NCBI GenBank assembly: GCA_948954545.1
Contig: CARCRR010000028.1
Span: 1 to 48,081, forward strand
Direction of reading: 5' to 3'
Length of the DNA: 48,081 nt
Origin: an uncultured Lachnospiraceae bacterium
GTDB taxonomy: Bacteria; Bacillota; Clostridia; Lachnospirales; Lachnospiraceae
A model generated the notes under the pieces. That model saw nothing but the letters and a program-made list of their open reading frames with translations, made no database searches and was not told the origin of the DNA. Numbering within the stretch: the first letter of the stretch is position 1; every line of letters starts with the position of its first letter. Both the position numbers and the translations under genes were made by a program. Positions 18,256 through 27,789 of the stretch are shown in pieces.

Positions 18256-20577
18256 TTACTCAACCCCCCGTTTTAAATGCCCTCTAGTAAATGCAAAAGG
18301 TTCTTCTAAAAATATCCTATTCTTCCGATATGCCTGAATAAATTTCGAAAGAATTTCCGTCATCTCCGCTACTGACTCCAAAGTAAAATCCAATCGTACC
18401 GCAGCAGGTGCAATCCGATCCACTTCTTTTTTTGCACTTAAAAGAGAAAGCGGCTTACAGTTATAAATTTTATTATAACAAAACTTACATCTGTTTTTTA
18501 CGATAAATTCATTGTGATAACGATCCGTCAGCGTTAAAATGCCCGCCTGCTTCTTACACCCCTTCTTATTTTTCATCATACACTGTGCCGATACCATCAT
18601 AGGAAGATAGCCATAGACAATCAATTCACTCTTTTGATCGGCTATCTGTGCCAATTCCTTTCCGTTTAACTCCAAAGGAAGCGTAATCCACTCTGCTTTC
18701 CACTGTTCTTCAAATACCCGCATACTCTCAGAATTAAATCCATAAAGCGTAGAATCAAACCGAATCGAAACAGATTCTTTTCTCTCCCTATTCTTCTCCC
18801 TAACAAAAGAAAGCTCATCTAAATTTCTTACAACAAATCCGTCTATCCCTGCCTGCAATAACAGCTCATACTCCTGTTCTAACCATGCCTGCTCCAGATC
18901 TCGAAAGACAGGAGGCAGCATACAGTAAAACTGCTTTTTAGGAAACTGTTCCCGATAACGTTTTATCTCCGCTGCCGAAAACTCACCGGCGTCCAAATAA
19001 ATGGCAGAAATCTCCGAAAACGCCGCTGCCGCTGCTACATACTCCTTTTTTTCCAGATATACATGAATCGGATAAAACGGCTGATCTGTAAAATCCACCT
19101 GTTTTTCGGTCTTTTTCCTACGATTTTCTCTGCAGAGTTCCTCTTCCTCACTGCGGCAATAAGGCTGCAGCAAAAATTTCTGCAGCTGCTCTAACGCCCT
19201 TCTTCGCAGTTCATTTAATTCCGTTACACGAATAAAACTTTTCCCATCTGTCTGAACAGAAAGCTCCGAAAAATAAAAAGGCGTACCGCCAGTTTTCTCT
19301 ATCTGTCTGCGAATATTTTCCTGTGTAATTGGCTGTTTTTGTGCCAAAGCCACTTCTTCTCCCCATACCGTTACCCTATTTCCTTCTTCCTCTACCGTAA
19401 GTTCTGCTCTCTCTCCGCACTGCACCACAACCTTTCCGCAGACAGCCTCCTGAAGCTCTTCAGCAAGAAATTTTTTTCGAATATTTTTTATTAACTCCTG
19501 ATTTCTGCTTTCATTCTCTCCCTCTTTCCCCTGAAAAAATATCATATCTTTTCCGTTTCTTTCCACATAATATCCCTTTGTAAATCCACCCCGATTATAG
19601 AGATCATATAGAATCTTTTTATCCTTATCCGACACCAAAAAACGCTCTCTTCCATACTCCAAATACCAATCTAAATATTTTCGATAGATACTAACTACTC
19701 CTGCTGTATACTCTAATTTTTTCATTCTGCCTTCAATTTTAAGAGAATACACTCCCGCCTCTAAAATATCCGGCAGCAGTTCAATACTGCACAAATCCTT
19801 TGGACTTAAAAAATACCGTTCTTCCTTCTGACCTTTCTGTCTTCCCGGTTCACTAACCTGATAAGGCAGACGGCAGGGCTGTGCACAACGTCCCCTATTT
19901 CCGCTTCTTCCTCCTGCCAAACTGCTAAATAAACACTGCCCGGAATAACAGTAGCAAAGTGCCCCATGTACAAAGCTCTCTATCTCTAAAGTCTCTAATC
20001 CCTTTGTTCTATGAATCTTTTGAATCTCTTCCAATGAAAGTTCCCGTGCCATTACCACCCGGGCAGCCCCCATTTCTTTTAAAAGTTTTGCCCCATAGAC
20101 TCCCGTCAATGTCATCTGTGTACTAGCGTGAATTGGAAGCTTTGGAAAATTCCTTTGAATAAAAGAAAATACCCCGATATCCTGCACAATAACGGCATCT
20201 AACCCCTGCCGATAAAAAGGCAGCAGATAAGAGTACAGCTTTTCTTCCATCTCCTCTTCCTTCAATAAAGTATTCACTGTCAAATACAGCTTTCTCTTAT
20301 GAAGATGCACAAAATCAATTGCTGATAATAAAGCTTCGGTATCTAAATTGTTGGCATAAGCCCTTGCACCAAATAAATTTCCCCCCAAATAAACGGCATC
20401 TGCTCCTGCCAAAACAGCCGCCTCCATCGTCTCATAAGAACCAGCAGGTGCCAGCAATTCTGCCCTTTTTGCATGATGCACGTTATATTCCTGTCTTTTC
20501 TCTAAATCCATACCTCTTCTAACATACTTCCTTTCTAAAAAGAATGTCATGTCTTTCTCCTGAGAATGACATGACAT
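18256..20577 (-). CDS. Peptidase U32 family protein (long form).
   Basis: U32 signature ESFVHGALCYCYSGQCLFSS. Confidence 0.85.
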   Translation of the reverse strand: MSCHSQEKDMTFFLERKYVRRGMDLEKRQEYNVHHAKRAELLAPAGSYETMEAAVLAGADAVYLGGNLFGARAYANNLDTEALLSAIDFVHLHKRKLYLTVNTLLKEEEMEEKLYSYLLPFYRQGLDAVIVQDIGVFSFIQRNFPKLPIHASTQMTLTGVYGAKLLKEMGAARVVMARELSLEEIQKIHRTKGLETLEIESFVHGALCYCYSGQCLFSSLAGGRSGNRGRCAQPCRLPYQVSEPGRQKGQKEERYFLSPKDLCSIELLPDILEAGVYSLKIEGRMKKLEYTAGVVSIYRKYLDWYLEYGRERFLVSDKDKKILYDLYNRGGFTKGYYVERNGKDMIFFQGKEGENESRNQELIKNIRKKFLAEELQEAVCGKVVVQCGERAELTVEEEGNRVTVWGEEVALAQKQPITQENIRRQIEKTGGTPFYFSELSVQTDGKSFIRVTELNELRRRALEQLQKFLLQPYCRSEEEELCRENRRKKTEKQVDFTDQPFYPIHVYLEKKEYVAAAAAFSEISAIYLDAGEFSAAEIKRYREQFPKKQFYCMLPPVFRDLEQAWLEQEYELLLQAGIDGFVVRNLDELSFVREKNRERKESVSIRFDSTLYGFNSESMRVFEEQWKAEWITLPLELNGKELAQIADQKSELIVYGYLPMMVSAQCMMKNKKGCKKQAGILTLTDRYHNEFIVKNRCKFCYNKIYNCKPLSLLSAKKEVDRIAPAAVRLDFTLESVAEMTEILSKFIQAYRKNRIFLEEPFAFTRGHLKRGVE

Positions 20578-20586
20578 GTTCTATTC

Positions 20587-21051
20587 TTATTTATCCTGTT
20601 TTTCATTCTTATGCTGCCCATCTTTACTTTTCTCTTCCTTTTGTACCGTTTTCGTATGTGTTGCTTCTGCCTCTAAACGAATAATCGTCTTCTCCTGTTC
20701 ACTCACTGTCCTTCGAAGAGCTTCCAATTCCAGTTCTTCCTCCTCCATACGAATCTTTAATCCTACTAACTCATGTTTTAAATTCGAAATCTCCTTATTG
20801 CGATCCTCCAATTCCAAACTTGCTGTATCTGCACTTTTCTTTGCTTTATAATAATCATCTGCCACATTTAGATACATTAGGATATTTTGTACCTCTCGGT
20901 TCTGACGTTTATATCCCTCTGCCATACGTACCTCAGAAAGTTTCGCATTAATATATGCAGCCACTTTATTTAGATATTCCGGGTCTTCATATCCGCTTAA
21001 TGTATATACTTTTCCGTCAATAACCACCTGTACATTGTTCTTTAGTGCCAT
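20587..21051 (-). CDS. zapA: Cell division protein ZapA.
   Basis: N-terminal VQVVIDGKVYTLSGYEDPEYLNKVAAYINAKL ZapA fold signature plus a C-terminal coiled coil. Confidence 0.75.
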   Translation of the reverse strand: MALKNNVQVVIDGKVYTLSGYEDPEYLNKVAAYINAKLSEVRMAEGYKRQNREVQNILMYLNVADDYYKAKKSADTASLELEDRNKEISNLKHELVGLKIRMEEEELELEALRRTVSEQEKTIIRLEAEATHTKTVQKEEKSKDGQHKNEKQDK

Positions 21052-21171
21052 CCAGTATCCTCTCCCTGTATCATTCTTCCTCTGTTATTAAACCTTATTA
21101 TAATCAATTTCAGAAAAAAGCACAAGCACTTTATAAGAGGATTTTCTTTTCCAAAATTTTCCTTCTCCTTA

Positions 21172-22161
21172 TCATTTTAGTCCCAAATGCTGATAAGCCA
21201 GATCTGTTACAATTCTTCCGCGAGGTGTCCGCTGCAAAAATCCATTCTGAATCAGATAAGGCTCAATCACTTCCTCTAAGGTTCCCGCATCCTCTCCCAA
21301 TGCCGCTGCTAGCGTATCCAATCCACAGGGACCTCCTGCGAACTTTTGTATCAAAGTAAGCAAAAACATCCGATCACTATTATCTAGTCCATACTTATCC
21401 ACTTCCAGCAAATCCAAAGCAAAATTTGCCACGCTCTCCGTAATCACCCCATTATACTTCACCTGTGCAAAATCCCGCACTCTTCTCAACAGCCGATTGG
21501 CAAGCCGAGGAGTCCCTCGGCTTCTTCTAGCCATCTCCATTGCCCCTGCCGGCTCTATCTCCACTTTCAATACCTTAGCTGAGCGAAGTAAAATTGTCTG
21601 GAGTTCTTCCGGCGTATAAAATTCCAATCGATGAATCACCCCAAACCGATCCCGAAGAGGTGCCGTTAAAAGTCCTGCCCTAGTCGTAGCCCCCACCAGA
21701 GTAAACTTTGGCAAATCCAGCCGAATCGATCGTGCCGTAGCCCCCTTTCCAATCACAATATCAATTGCAAAATCTTCCATTGCCGGATAGAGTACCTCTT
21801 CCACCTGCCGGTTTAACCGATGAATTTCATCAATAAACAGCACATCTCCCTCCTGCAGATTATTTAAAATAGCCGCTATTTCCCCCGGTTTTTCAATCGC
21901 AGGACCAGAAGTAATCTTCATATTTGTTCCCATCTCATTGGCAATAATTCCTGCAAGTGTCGTCTTCCCCAGTCCGGGAGGACCATAAAACAGTACATGA
22001 TCTAATGGCTCCTTCCGGCTCTTTGCAGCCTCAATATATATTTTAAGATTTTCCTTTGCTTTTGCCTGTCCAATATAGTCCTTTAAAAGCTGTGGTCTAA
22101 GATGATTTTCCACACTGCTGTCTTCTTCTGTCAGCTCTGTTGTTATAATTCTCTTTGCCAT
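21172..22161 (-). CDS. ruvB: Holliday junction branch migration helicase RuvB.
   Basis: Walker [12 protein letters not shown], Walker [10 protein letters not shown], sensor and winged-helix C-terminus. Confidence 0.95.
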   Translation of the reverse strand: MAKRIITTELTEEDSSVENHLRPQLLKDYIGQAKAKENLKIYIEAAKSRKEPLDHVLFYGPPGLGKTTLAGIIANEMGTNMKITSGPAIEKPGEIAAILNNLQEGDVLFIDEIHRLNRQVEEVLYPAMEDFAIDIVIGKGATARSIRLDLPKFTLVGATTRAGLLTAPLRDRFGVIHRLEFYTPEELQTILLRSAKVLKVEIEPAGAMEMARRSRGTPRLANRLLRRVRDFAQVKYNGVITESVANFALDLLEVDKYGLDNSDRMFLLTLIQKFAGGPCGLDTLAAALGEDAGTLEEVIEPYLIQNGFLQRTPRGRIVTDLAYQHLGLK

Positions 22162-22177
22162 ATATAACCCTTCCGTC

Positions 22178-22786
22178 CTACCGACTGATCGTTTTTAAAG
22201 AAGCCTTTAGCAACGCTTCTACTGTCATTTCTTCTGTCACTGTTACCGCACGAACCGCACGAAGAGCATCTGTCGGACTATATCCTAAAGCCGTCAATGC
22301 CTGCACCGCCTCATTCTGAATCTCTGCAGCCTGTCCTAAGGACGACTTCTCCTCATTTGCTATCTTCTGCTCAAATGCCTCTTCTAACTTTAATTTATCC
22401 TTTAATTCAATTACCATCTTCTGTGCTGTCTTGTTTCCGATTCCAGGTGCTTTTGCAATCGTTTTCGCATCTCCCGCCAATACGGCAAACCGCAGTTCAT
22501 CTGCAGAAATGGTAGAAAGAATGGCTAAAGCTCCCTTTGGACCTATCCCGCTTACCCCTAAAAGAAGCCGAAAAATATTCATGTCATCTCTATTTAAAAA
22601 TCCATATAAATCCAAAATATCTTCCCTTACATAGAGATATGTAAAAATTTGAATTTCACTGCCTACTGCCGGAAGCTTAGCAATAACAGCAGCAGGAACC
22701 CGTATCAAATACCCAATTCCATGATTCTCTACAACTGCAAAATCGGTACCAGCTTCTTTTAATTCCCCTTTAATATAATAAATCAT
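22178..22786 (-). CDS. ruvA: Holliday junction DNA helicase RuvA.
   Basis: OB-fold N-terminus MIYYIKGEL..., two helix-hairpin-helix motifs (GIGPKGA, GIGNKTA). Confidence 0.9.
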   Translation of the reverse strand: MIYYIKGELKEAGTDFAVVENHGIGYLIRVPAAVIAKLPAVGSEIQIFTYLYVREDILDLYGFLNRDDMNIFRLLLGVSGIGPKGALAILSTISADELRFAVLAGDAKTIAKAPGIGNKTAQKMVIELKDKLKLEEAFEQKIANEEKSSLGQAAEIQNEAVQALTALGYSPTDALRAVRAVTVTEEMTVEALLKASLKTISR

Positions 22787-22972
22787 TGTGGTTCTCCTTA
22801 CCCATAGTGTTACAAACCTGCTTCGATTAATCGAACATATATACGATTGTAGCAGATTTTCTATTATCTGACAAGACCTTAATTCGAATCGATCGAATAG
22901 TAATCTGATTATTTATAGTGAGCCAGAAAGTTATTTATAGTGAGCCGAATGATTGTTTATGGCGATCCGGAC

Positions 22973-23112
22973 GATTGCATCTGCTGGTGATTCCCTGCTG
23001 GGGCCGTTTGCACTAAGGCTTCCTCGCAGCGGACACATAAGGCACGAAAGTACCGTGCCTAAGTGCCGGCGGGAAGCAATACCCCTGCAGGGATTCACCA
23101 GCAGCTACAATC
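22973..23112 (+). repeat. Family-3 unit A, 140 bp: 16-bp outer arm GATTGCATCTGCTGGT, GATTC, 98-bp conserved core, GATTC, 16-bp complementary arm.
   Basis: The core CCTGCTGGGGCCGTTTGCACTAAGGCTTCCTCGCAGCGGACACATAAGGCACGAAAGTACCGTGCCTAAGTGCCGGCGGGAAGCAATACCCCTGCAGG is shared with 23733, 36849 and 37238. Confidence 0.85.
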
Positions 23113-23146
23113 TGTCTATCTCAACGGAATGTTTGATAGAATCGCT

Positions 23147-23407
23147 TTACCAAGTTGTTTTCTGATCTTTATGTGTATAATGTTTCATCTGTACTAATAA
23201 ATTGGACAATTTTTCTTGATAATATTCTTTCTGTTTTTCATCCAGTTTATTTGCATCAAGATATTCCTGAAAAACCTTTTGAAATTCCTTTAAATTTTCT
23301 TGTGCTGCGTCTTTATAATTATTTGACATATTCATTTGTATCTTTTGTAAAATTGTCTCTAACTGAGCATTTTTCTTCGCTTTATTTTTCAGATCTTTAA
23401 AAAACAC
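23147..23407 (-). CDS. Hypothetical small protein (86 aa, K/E/Q-rich).
   Basis: ORF only; no recognisable motif. Confidence 0.35.
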   Translation of the reverse strand: MFFKDLKNKAKKNAQLETILQKIQMNMSNNYKDAAQENLKEFQKVFQEYLDANKLDEKQKEYYQEKLSNLLVQMKHYTHKDQKTTW

Positions 23408-23614
23408 GGATTTAATTTAACCTCCTAAATCTTTAAATTAAAAATATATCGCCTATTTTATATAAAAATGCGGAGAGAAATCCATATTTTTCCTCTCCGA
23501 TCTATTTACCATCTCTATTATAAAAGCAGCCTTAAAATTTTTCAACTATATTTTATTATAAATATAATATTCCATGTAAAACATAGGAAAATTTTCACTA
23601 AAGCATAAAAATCA

Positions 23615-23718
23615 AAGGAAATTCGCAATCCGCTTCACTACTCGCTCATAACCTCATAGCCACTATCGCAACTTTTCAATGAAAGTCTAAAGTCTGCACT
23701 TCCTTGATGAGGTTAAAA
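23615..23718 (+). repeat. Family-2 repeat, degenerate copy (left module + variant middle hairpin + right end).
   Basis: ATTCGCAATCCGCTTCACTACTCGCTCATAACCTCAT ... ACTTCCTTGATGAGGTTAAAA. Confidence 0.7.
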
Positions 23719-23732
23719 TAAGGTACAAAACA

Positions 23733-23872
23733 GCTCGCCCTAAGGGATCTTTCTTTGCAGGGGTATTGCTTCCCGCCGGCACTTAGGCACGGTCTTTTCG
23801 TGCCTTATGTGTCCGCTGCGAGGAAGCCTTAGTGCAAACGGTCCCAGCAAAGAAAGATCCCTTAGGGCGAGC
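23733..23872 (-). repeat. Family-3 unit B, 140 bp. Outer arms GCTCGCCCTAAGGGAT / ATCCCTTAGGGCGAGC; the pentamers are CTTTC / GAAAG (inverted here, not direct).
   Basis: Same 98-bp core in reverse orientation. Confidence 0.85.
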
Positions 23873-23979
23873 GTCAGGACTACCCAAAACAATTCTAAAT
23901 CAAACAATCCCAAACCACTCCAAACAATCGAAACTCTACAATAAATGAAAAACTTAGTATAAAATATATTATACCTATT

Positions 23980-25407
23980 CTATTTATTCTCCGTCTGAGG
24001 CAGACTAATCCGCACAAACCGCCTTAAAAACTCCCGTCCATTAAAAGGAAACAACGGATACAAATAACTCTTTCCCGAAAGCGTGCGATTCTGACAAATA
24101 CAAAATACCGCAAACAAAATTCCAAATCCATATCCCCAAACATCCAATATCTGTGTAAGCAGCAAGGTAATCAACCGCATAAACTTAAGTGCAAACCCCA
24201 GTTCAAAACTAGGCTGCGAATAATTTGCCAACACCACAAAAGCCATATAAAGCATAGACTCCGAATTAAACCACCCCGACTGTACCGCATAATCCCCTAA
24301 TACTAAACCCGCAATTACACTTAAAGGCGTACTAAGCATATTAGGTGTATTCACAGCCGCAAGCCGCAACCCATCAATCGCAAATTCCAAAATAATCAAC
24401 TGCCAAATCAAAGGAACCTGTATCTCTTCAGCCGGAAAGATAAACGCAAGCCATTCTGGAACCCACTCTGGATTTTTCATAAGCAACAGCCAAGTAGGTG
24501 TCAAAATCATTGTCAAGATCGTAATAATAAATCGTGACACTCTAAGATAAGTCCCTGTAACAGGAGGAAAATAATAATCATCTGCTTCCTCTAAAATATC
24601 AAATACCGAACAAGGCAGAATCATAGCGGAAGGAGAATTATCCACTAAAACCGCAATCCCTCCTTCCAATATCGATGCCGCTGCCGTATCTGGACGCTCG
24701 GTATATTTATACTTCGGAAACGGATTCCACCATCCCCTTCTATAGAGACATTCCGCCAAACTCTCCTGATTCATAGTCAATGCATCAATATCAATTTTTT
24801 TAATTCTCTGAATCAACTCCTTTAAAAATTCGGGATCGACACGATCTCTCATATAGCAGACAGCTATATCCGTCTTAGAAGAACGCCCCACTGTATAGAT
24901 CTCATTTGTCAATTCCGTGCTTCGAATTCGGCGGCGAATTAATGCCGTATTGGATACCATCGTTTCTACAAATCCATCCCTAGAACCACGCATTACCCTG
25001 TCTTTTTCCGGTTCCTCTACTCCCCTTGACGGATAACTTCTGCAGTCAATCAGATAAGCTTCCTGATACCCCTCTACAAACATTGCAACCACACCGGAAA
25101 GTACATTTTTTATAATCGTATCCTCTTTTGTCTCTAACTCCACTTCTAAATAAGACAAATATTTTTTAGAAAATCCTGCTGCATCGGACGGCATATCCTC
25201 TTTTTTAATACTAACAAAAGATGCCATTAACTTCTGCATATCGTCATCTTTTACAAAACCATTTACAAAAAAATAAACTGCATTTCGCTCACCAATCAAA
25301 AGTTCTTTATATAAAATATCAAAACTATCCTCTGTCCGCAAAAGCTGCTGGAACCGTTTTAAGGTATTTTGAAAATTCAGTTGCTCTGTCTTATCCATTC
25401 CTCCCAC
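23980..25407 (-). CDS. GerA-family spore germination protein (SpoVAF/GerKA-like).
   Basis: ~475 aa. Soluble N-terminal domain plus a C-terminal multi-TM region typical of GerA-family A subunits. Confidence 0.65.
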   Translation of the reverse strand: MGGMDKTEQLNFQNTLKRFQQLLRTEDSFDILYKELLIGERNAVYFFVNGFVKDDDMQKLMASFVSIKKEDMPSDAAGFSKKYLSYLEVELETKEDTIIKNVLSGVVAMFVEGYQEAYLIDCRSYPSRGVEEPEKDRVMRGSRDGFVETMVSNTALIRRRIRSTELTNEIYTVGRSSKTDIAVCYMRDRVDPEFLKELIQRIKKIDIDALTMNQESLAECLYRRGWWNPFPKYKYTERPDTAAASILEGGIAVLVDNSPSAMILPCSVFDILEEADDYYFPPVTGTYLRVSRFIITILTMILTPTWLLLMKNPEWVPEWLAFIFPAEEIQVPLIWQLIILEFAIDGLRLAAVNTPNMLSTPLSVIAGLVLGDYAVQSGWFNSESMLYMAFVVLANYSQPSFELGFALKFMRLITLLLTQILDVWGYGFGILFAVFCICQNRTLSGKSYLYPLFPFNGREFLRRFVRISLPQTENK

Positions 25408-25554
25408 CTTCTCCTTATTTTTTATTTTTCTTCAAGATAGTATCTTCTTAATCTATCCGAAATATACAAAATTTAATAAGGAGATTTTTTCCACTCTAAA
25501 TACTTCATTAAGAAAAAACAAGAGATTTGTATTTTGTCTTCTCAAAATATAGAA

Positions 25555-25681
25555 CAAGTCAAATCGGATATTCGCAATCCGCTTTGCTACTTGCTCCTAA
25601 CCTCATCAAGGAAGTCCACCGCTTTCGCCTTGGCGGCTTAGAAGCGGGGGACTTCCTTGATGAGGTTAAAATATTGAAAAT
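25555..25681 (+). repeat. Family-2 repeat, full copy (left module CAAGTCAAATCGGATATTCGCAATCCGCTTTGCTACTTGCTC + 19-bp-stem hairpin).
   Basis: Direct repeat of 27790-27911. Confidence 0.85.
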
Positions 25682-25889
25682 TACTAATATATCATTTGTC
25701 ATTTCCCATTTCCTATTTTTAAAAAAATAAAAGTTCTTTGCAACATATTATTTTCTATTTATCAATCCATTCTTACGATTAAATATATATTATTATTTTA
25801 TATTACAATATTTTCAAAAGTCACTACTTTTCTCAACTCTGTTTTCATGATATACTAAAATGAATTAATTGTAAAAAGGAGTAACCTTA

Positions 25890-26771
25890 ATGAATAGTAG
25901 AGATATTCTAGATGCCGCCAAAAAAGAATTATCTTCTTTAGACAGTCATTTGATTGATGTACTAGATATCAAACGTCCAACAACATTAGCATACGCAAAA
26001 CAACTCGCAAAAGTTATCTCAAAACTTTCTCCATTGTTGGGAAATATGATTGAATTTTCTACAATTGACTTATTAAATAAACACGACTGGAATGGCGTAG
26101 GTGAATGGATAAGGCAAGATCCTGGTTTCCCTGATGCACTTTTCAAGAGTAGCATAATCCAACCTAACCCTGGTATCGAAATTAAAGCATGGTTTCCTTT
26201 TGCAACAGAAATCACAGCACGCTTCAAGGACAGTGTAACGATTTTTGCACAAGATAATATAGATATGGCACTAATTGCATGGCTACCAGAGAATGTTATT
26301 TGGGGAAAGCCTCAAATTATTGATGTCCTTATAGTTAGCGGTAAGAGTGTTGCAGAAGCAAGAGATTCCCACTACCATAAACCACCTGACTATCTTGTTT
26401 TTGAACCAGAAGACACCTCTGAACGTACCACTAATTTGCAGCAAACCAACACGAATGGTTATAAATTACAATCAGATAAATGCGATGCTAAAGCTGCATT
26501 TTCCATTGTTGAAACATGGGGAAAAGATGCCCAAAGATACAGTCCTGCCCCAGAATATCAACGACTTCTAAGAACTCTATACGGACAATTTATTTATAGA
26601 CTTGATACTAATTATGCCAAAATCGACCGTATAGAACATGAGGAAATTGAACAATTTAAAACCCATGTTTTAAATACTGTTTTTCATAGTATGACAATCA
26701 AACAATGGAGTGAAATTTTATCCTCAAAAGATGAAAAAAAGTTAGAGAACGCATTGAAAACCATCCTGTAA
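25890..26771 (+). CDS. Putative type II restriction endonuclease (PD-(D/E)xK candidate), 293 aa.
   Basis: Candidate catalytic motif FPD-x14-EIK (…QDPGFPDALFKSSIIQPNPGIEIKAW…). The gene is convergent with, and overlaps by 30 bp, a DNA methyltransferase gene, in an AT-rich local composition. Confidence 0.45.
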   Translation: MNSRDILDAAKKELSSLDSHLIDVLDIKRPTTLAYAKQLAKVISKLSPLLGNMIEFSTIDLLNKHDWNGVGEWIRQDPGFPDALFKSSIIQPNPGIEIKAWFPFATEITARFKDSVTIFAQDNIDMALIAWLPENVIWGKPQIIDVLIVSGKSVAEARDSHYHKPPDYLVFEPEDTSERTTNLQQTNTNGYKLQSDKCDAKAAFSIVETWGKDAQRYSPAPEYQRLLRTLYGQFIYRLDTNYAKIDRIEHEEIEQFKTHVLNTVFHSMTIKQWSEILSSKDEKKLENALKTIL

Positions 26772-27740
26772 ACTGTTTTTTACTCGTTCTACTGCTATAT
26801 TATATACATCATGATTGATTTCTGCACAAAAACAAATTCGTTCCAACTCAGTTGAAGCAACCGCTGTTGTACATAATCCAGCAAATGGATCCCAAACCAC
26901 ATCACCAACATCAGAAACCATTTCTATGATACGTTTAATCAATTCCAATGGTTTCTGATTTAGATGTATTGCCTTTTGGTTAATTTTCAAGCGTTCATGC
27001 CCTCTCAACTGTGGAACCTGCCATACATTTGTCACACCAATAGGACAATAAAACTTTGAACGCATCTGTGCCCACTCTTTTTTTGTTATAACGGTTTTAC
27101 CATTTAAAGAAAAGTATGGTTTTCCATTATCTGCTCCAAATGTATTTGCATATACTGCAATCTTTTCAAAAGCTTCTGCAGGCGGCATATACCATAAATG
27201 ACATTTTGTAAAATATTTTCTTGTTGCGGCATCTTTCACTCCACAAGCTTCATTTGTTTTTGAAAATGGAAGCCCTGTACGTTCCCATTCATAGCGCAGC
27301 CATTCTTTCATTGTCATTTGAACCTCCCCTACCATAAAGATAGGCTTTTTTACATATTGAACACACACTTCTGTAACTACAGGCAAATGTCTAATCGTTT
27401 TAGTATTTGTATTTCCCGCTGCATGTCCCATTCCTTTATCCCATACACAGCAAGAAACATAATCCCAGCCATATTTTTCTAACATAGGGTGAACCGTTGC
27501 CCAGCCAACCTCAGTACACCAAAACCATAACGTTGTAAGCGGTGTAGCAAAAGAACTCCATTTTTTTATATGTGGCTCATACCACTCTGCAAGTCCTTTA
27601 TATGAAACTAAATCTCCTGGAAATCCATTTACGCCATATGGTCCATCACAGATTATAACAACTGGAGTTTTCCATTTACTATATAATCTAATCGCATCCC
27701 CACAATATAAATGAATATTTTCAAAATCTATTTTATCCAC
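26742..27740 (-). CDS. DNA methyltransferase, beta-class (motif IV before motif I), N6-adenine or N4-cytosine.
   Basis: ICDGPYG (DPPY-like motif IV) near the N-terminus; VVWDPFAGLCTTAVAS (motif I, AdoMet binding) near the C-terminus. Confidence 0.8.
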   Translation of the reverse strand: MDKIDFENIHLYCGDAIRLYSKWKTPVVIICDGPYGVNGFPGDLVSYKGLAEWYEPHIKKWSSFATPLTTLWFWCTEVGWATVHPMLEKYGWDYVSCCVWDKGMGHAAGNTNTKTIRHLPVVTEVCVQYVKKPIFMVGEVQMTMKEWLRYEWERTGLPFSKTNEACGVKDAATRKYFTKCHLWYMPPAEAFEKIAVYANTFGADNGKPYFSLNGKTVITKKEWAQMRSKFYCPIGVTNVWQVPQLRGHERLKINQKAIHLNQKPLELIKRIIEMVSDVGDVVWDPFAGLCTTAVASTELERICFCAEINHDVYNIAVERVKNSLQDGFQCVL

Positions 27741-27789
27741 TCAAATATTCCTCCTATCTTGGCAATGTTGGATAACATCGTCAACTTTA

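Noticed and set aside
22829-22850. LexA (Cheo) box upstream of ruvA: CGAACATATATACG.
   Set aside because: Only one half-site (CGAAC) matches the Firmicute consensus CGAACRNRYGTTCG. The second half is ATACG, which is too weak to call.
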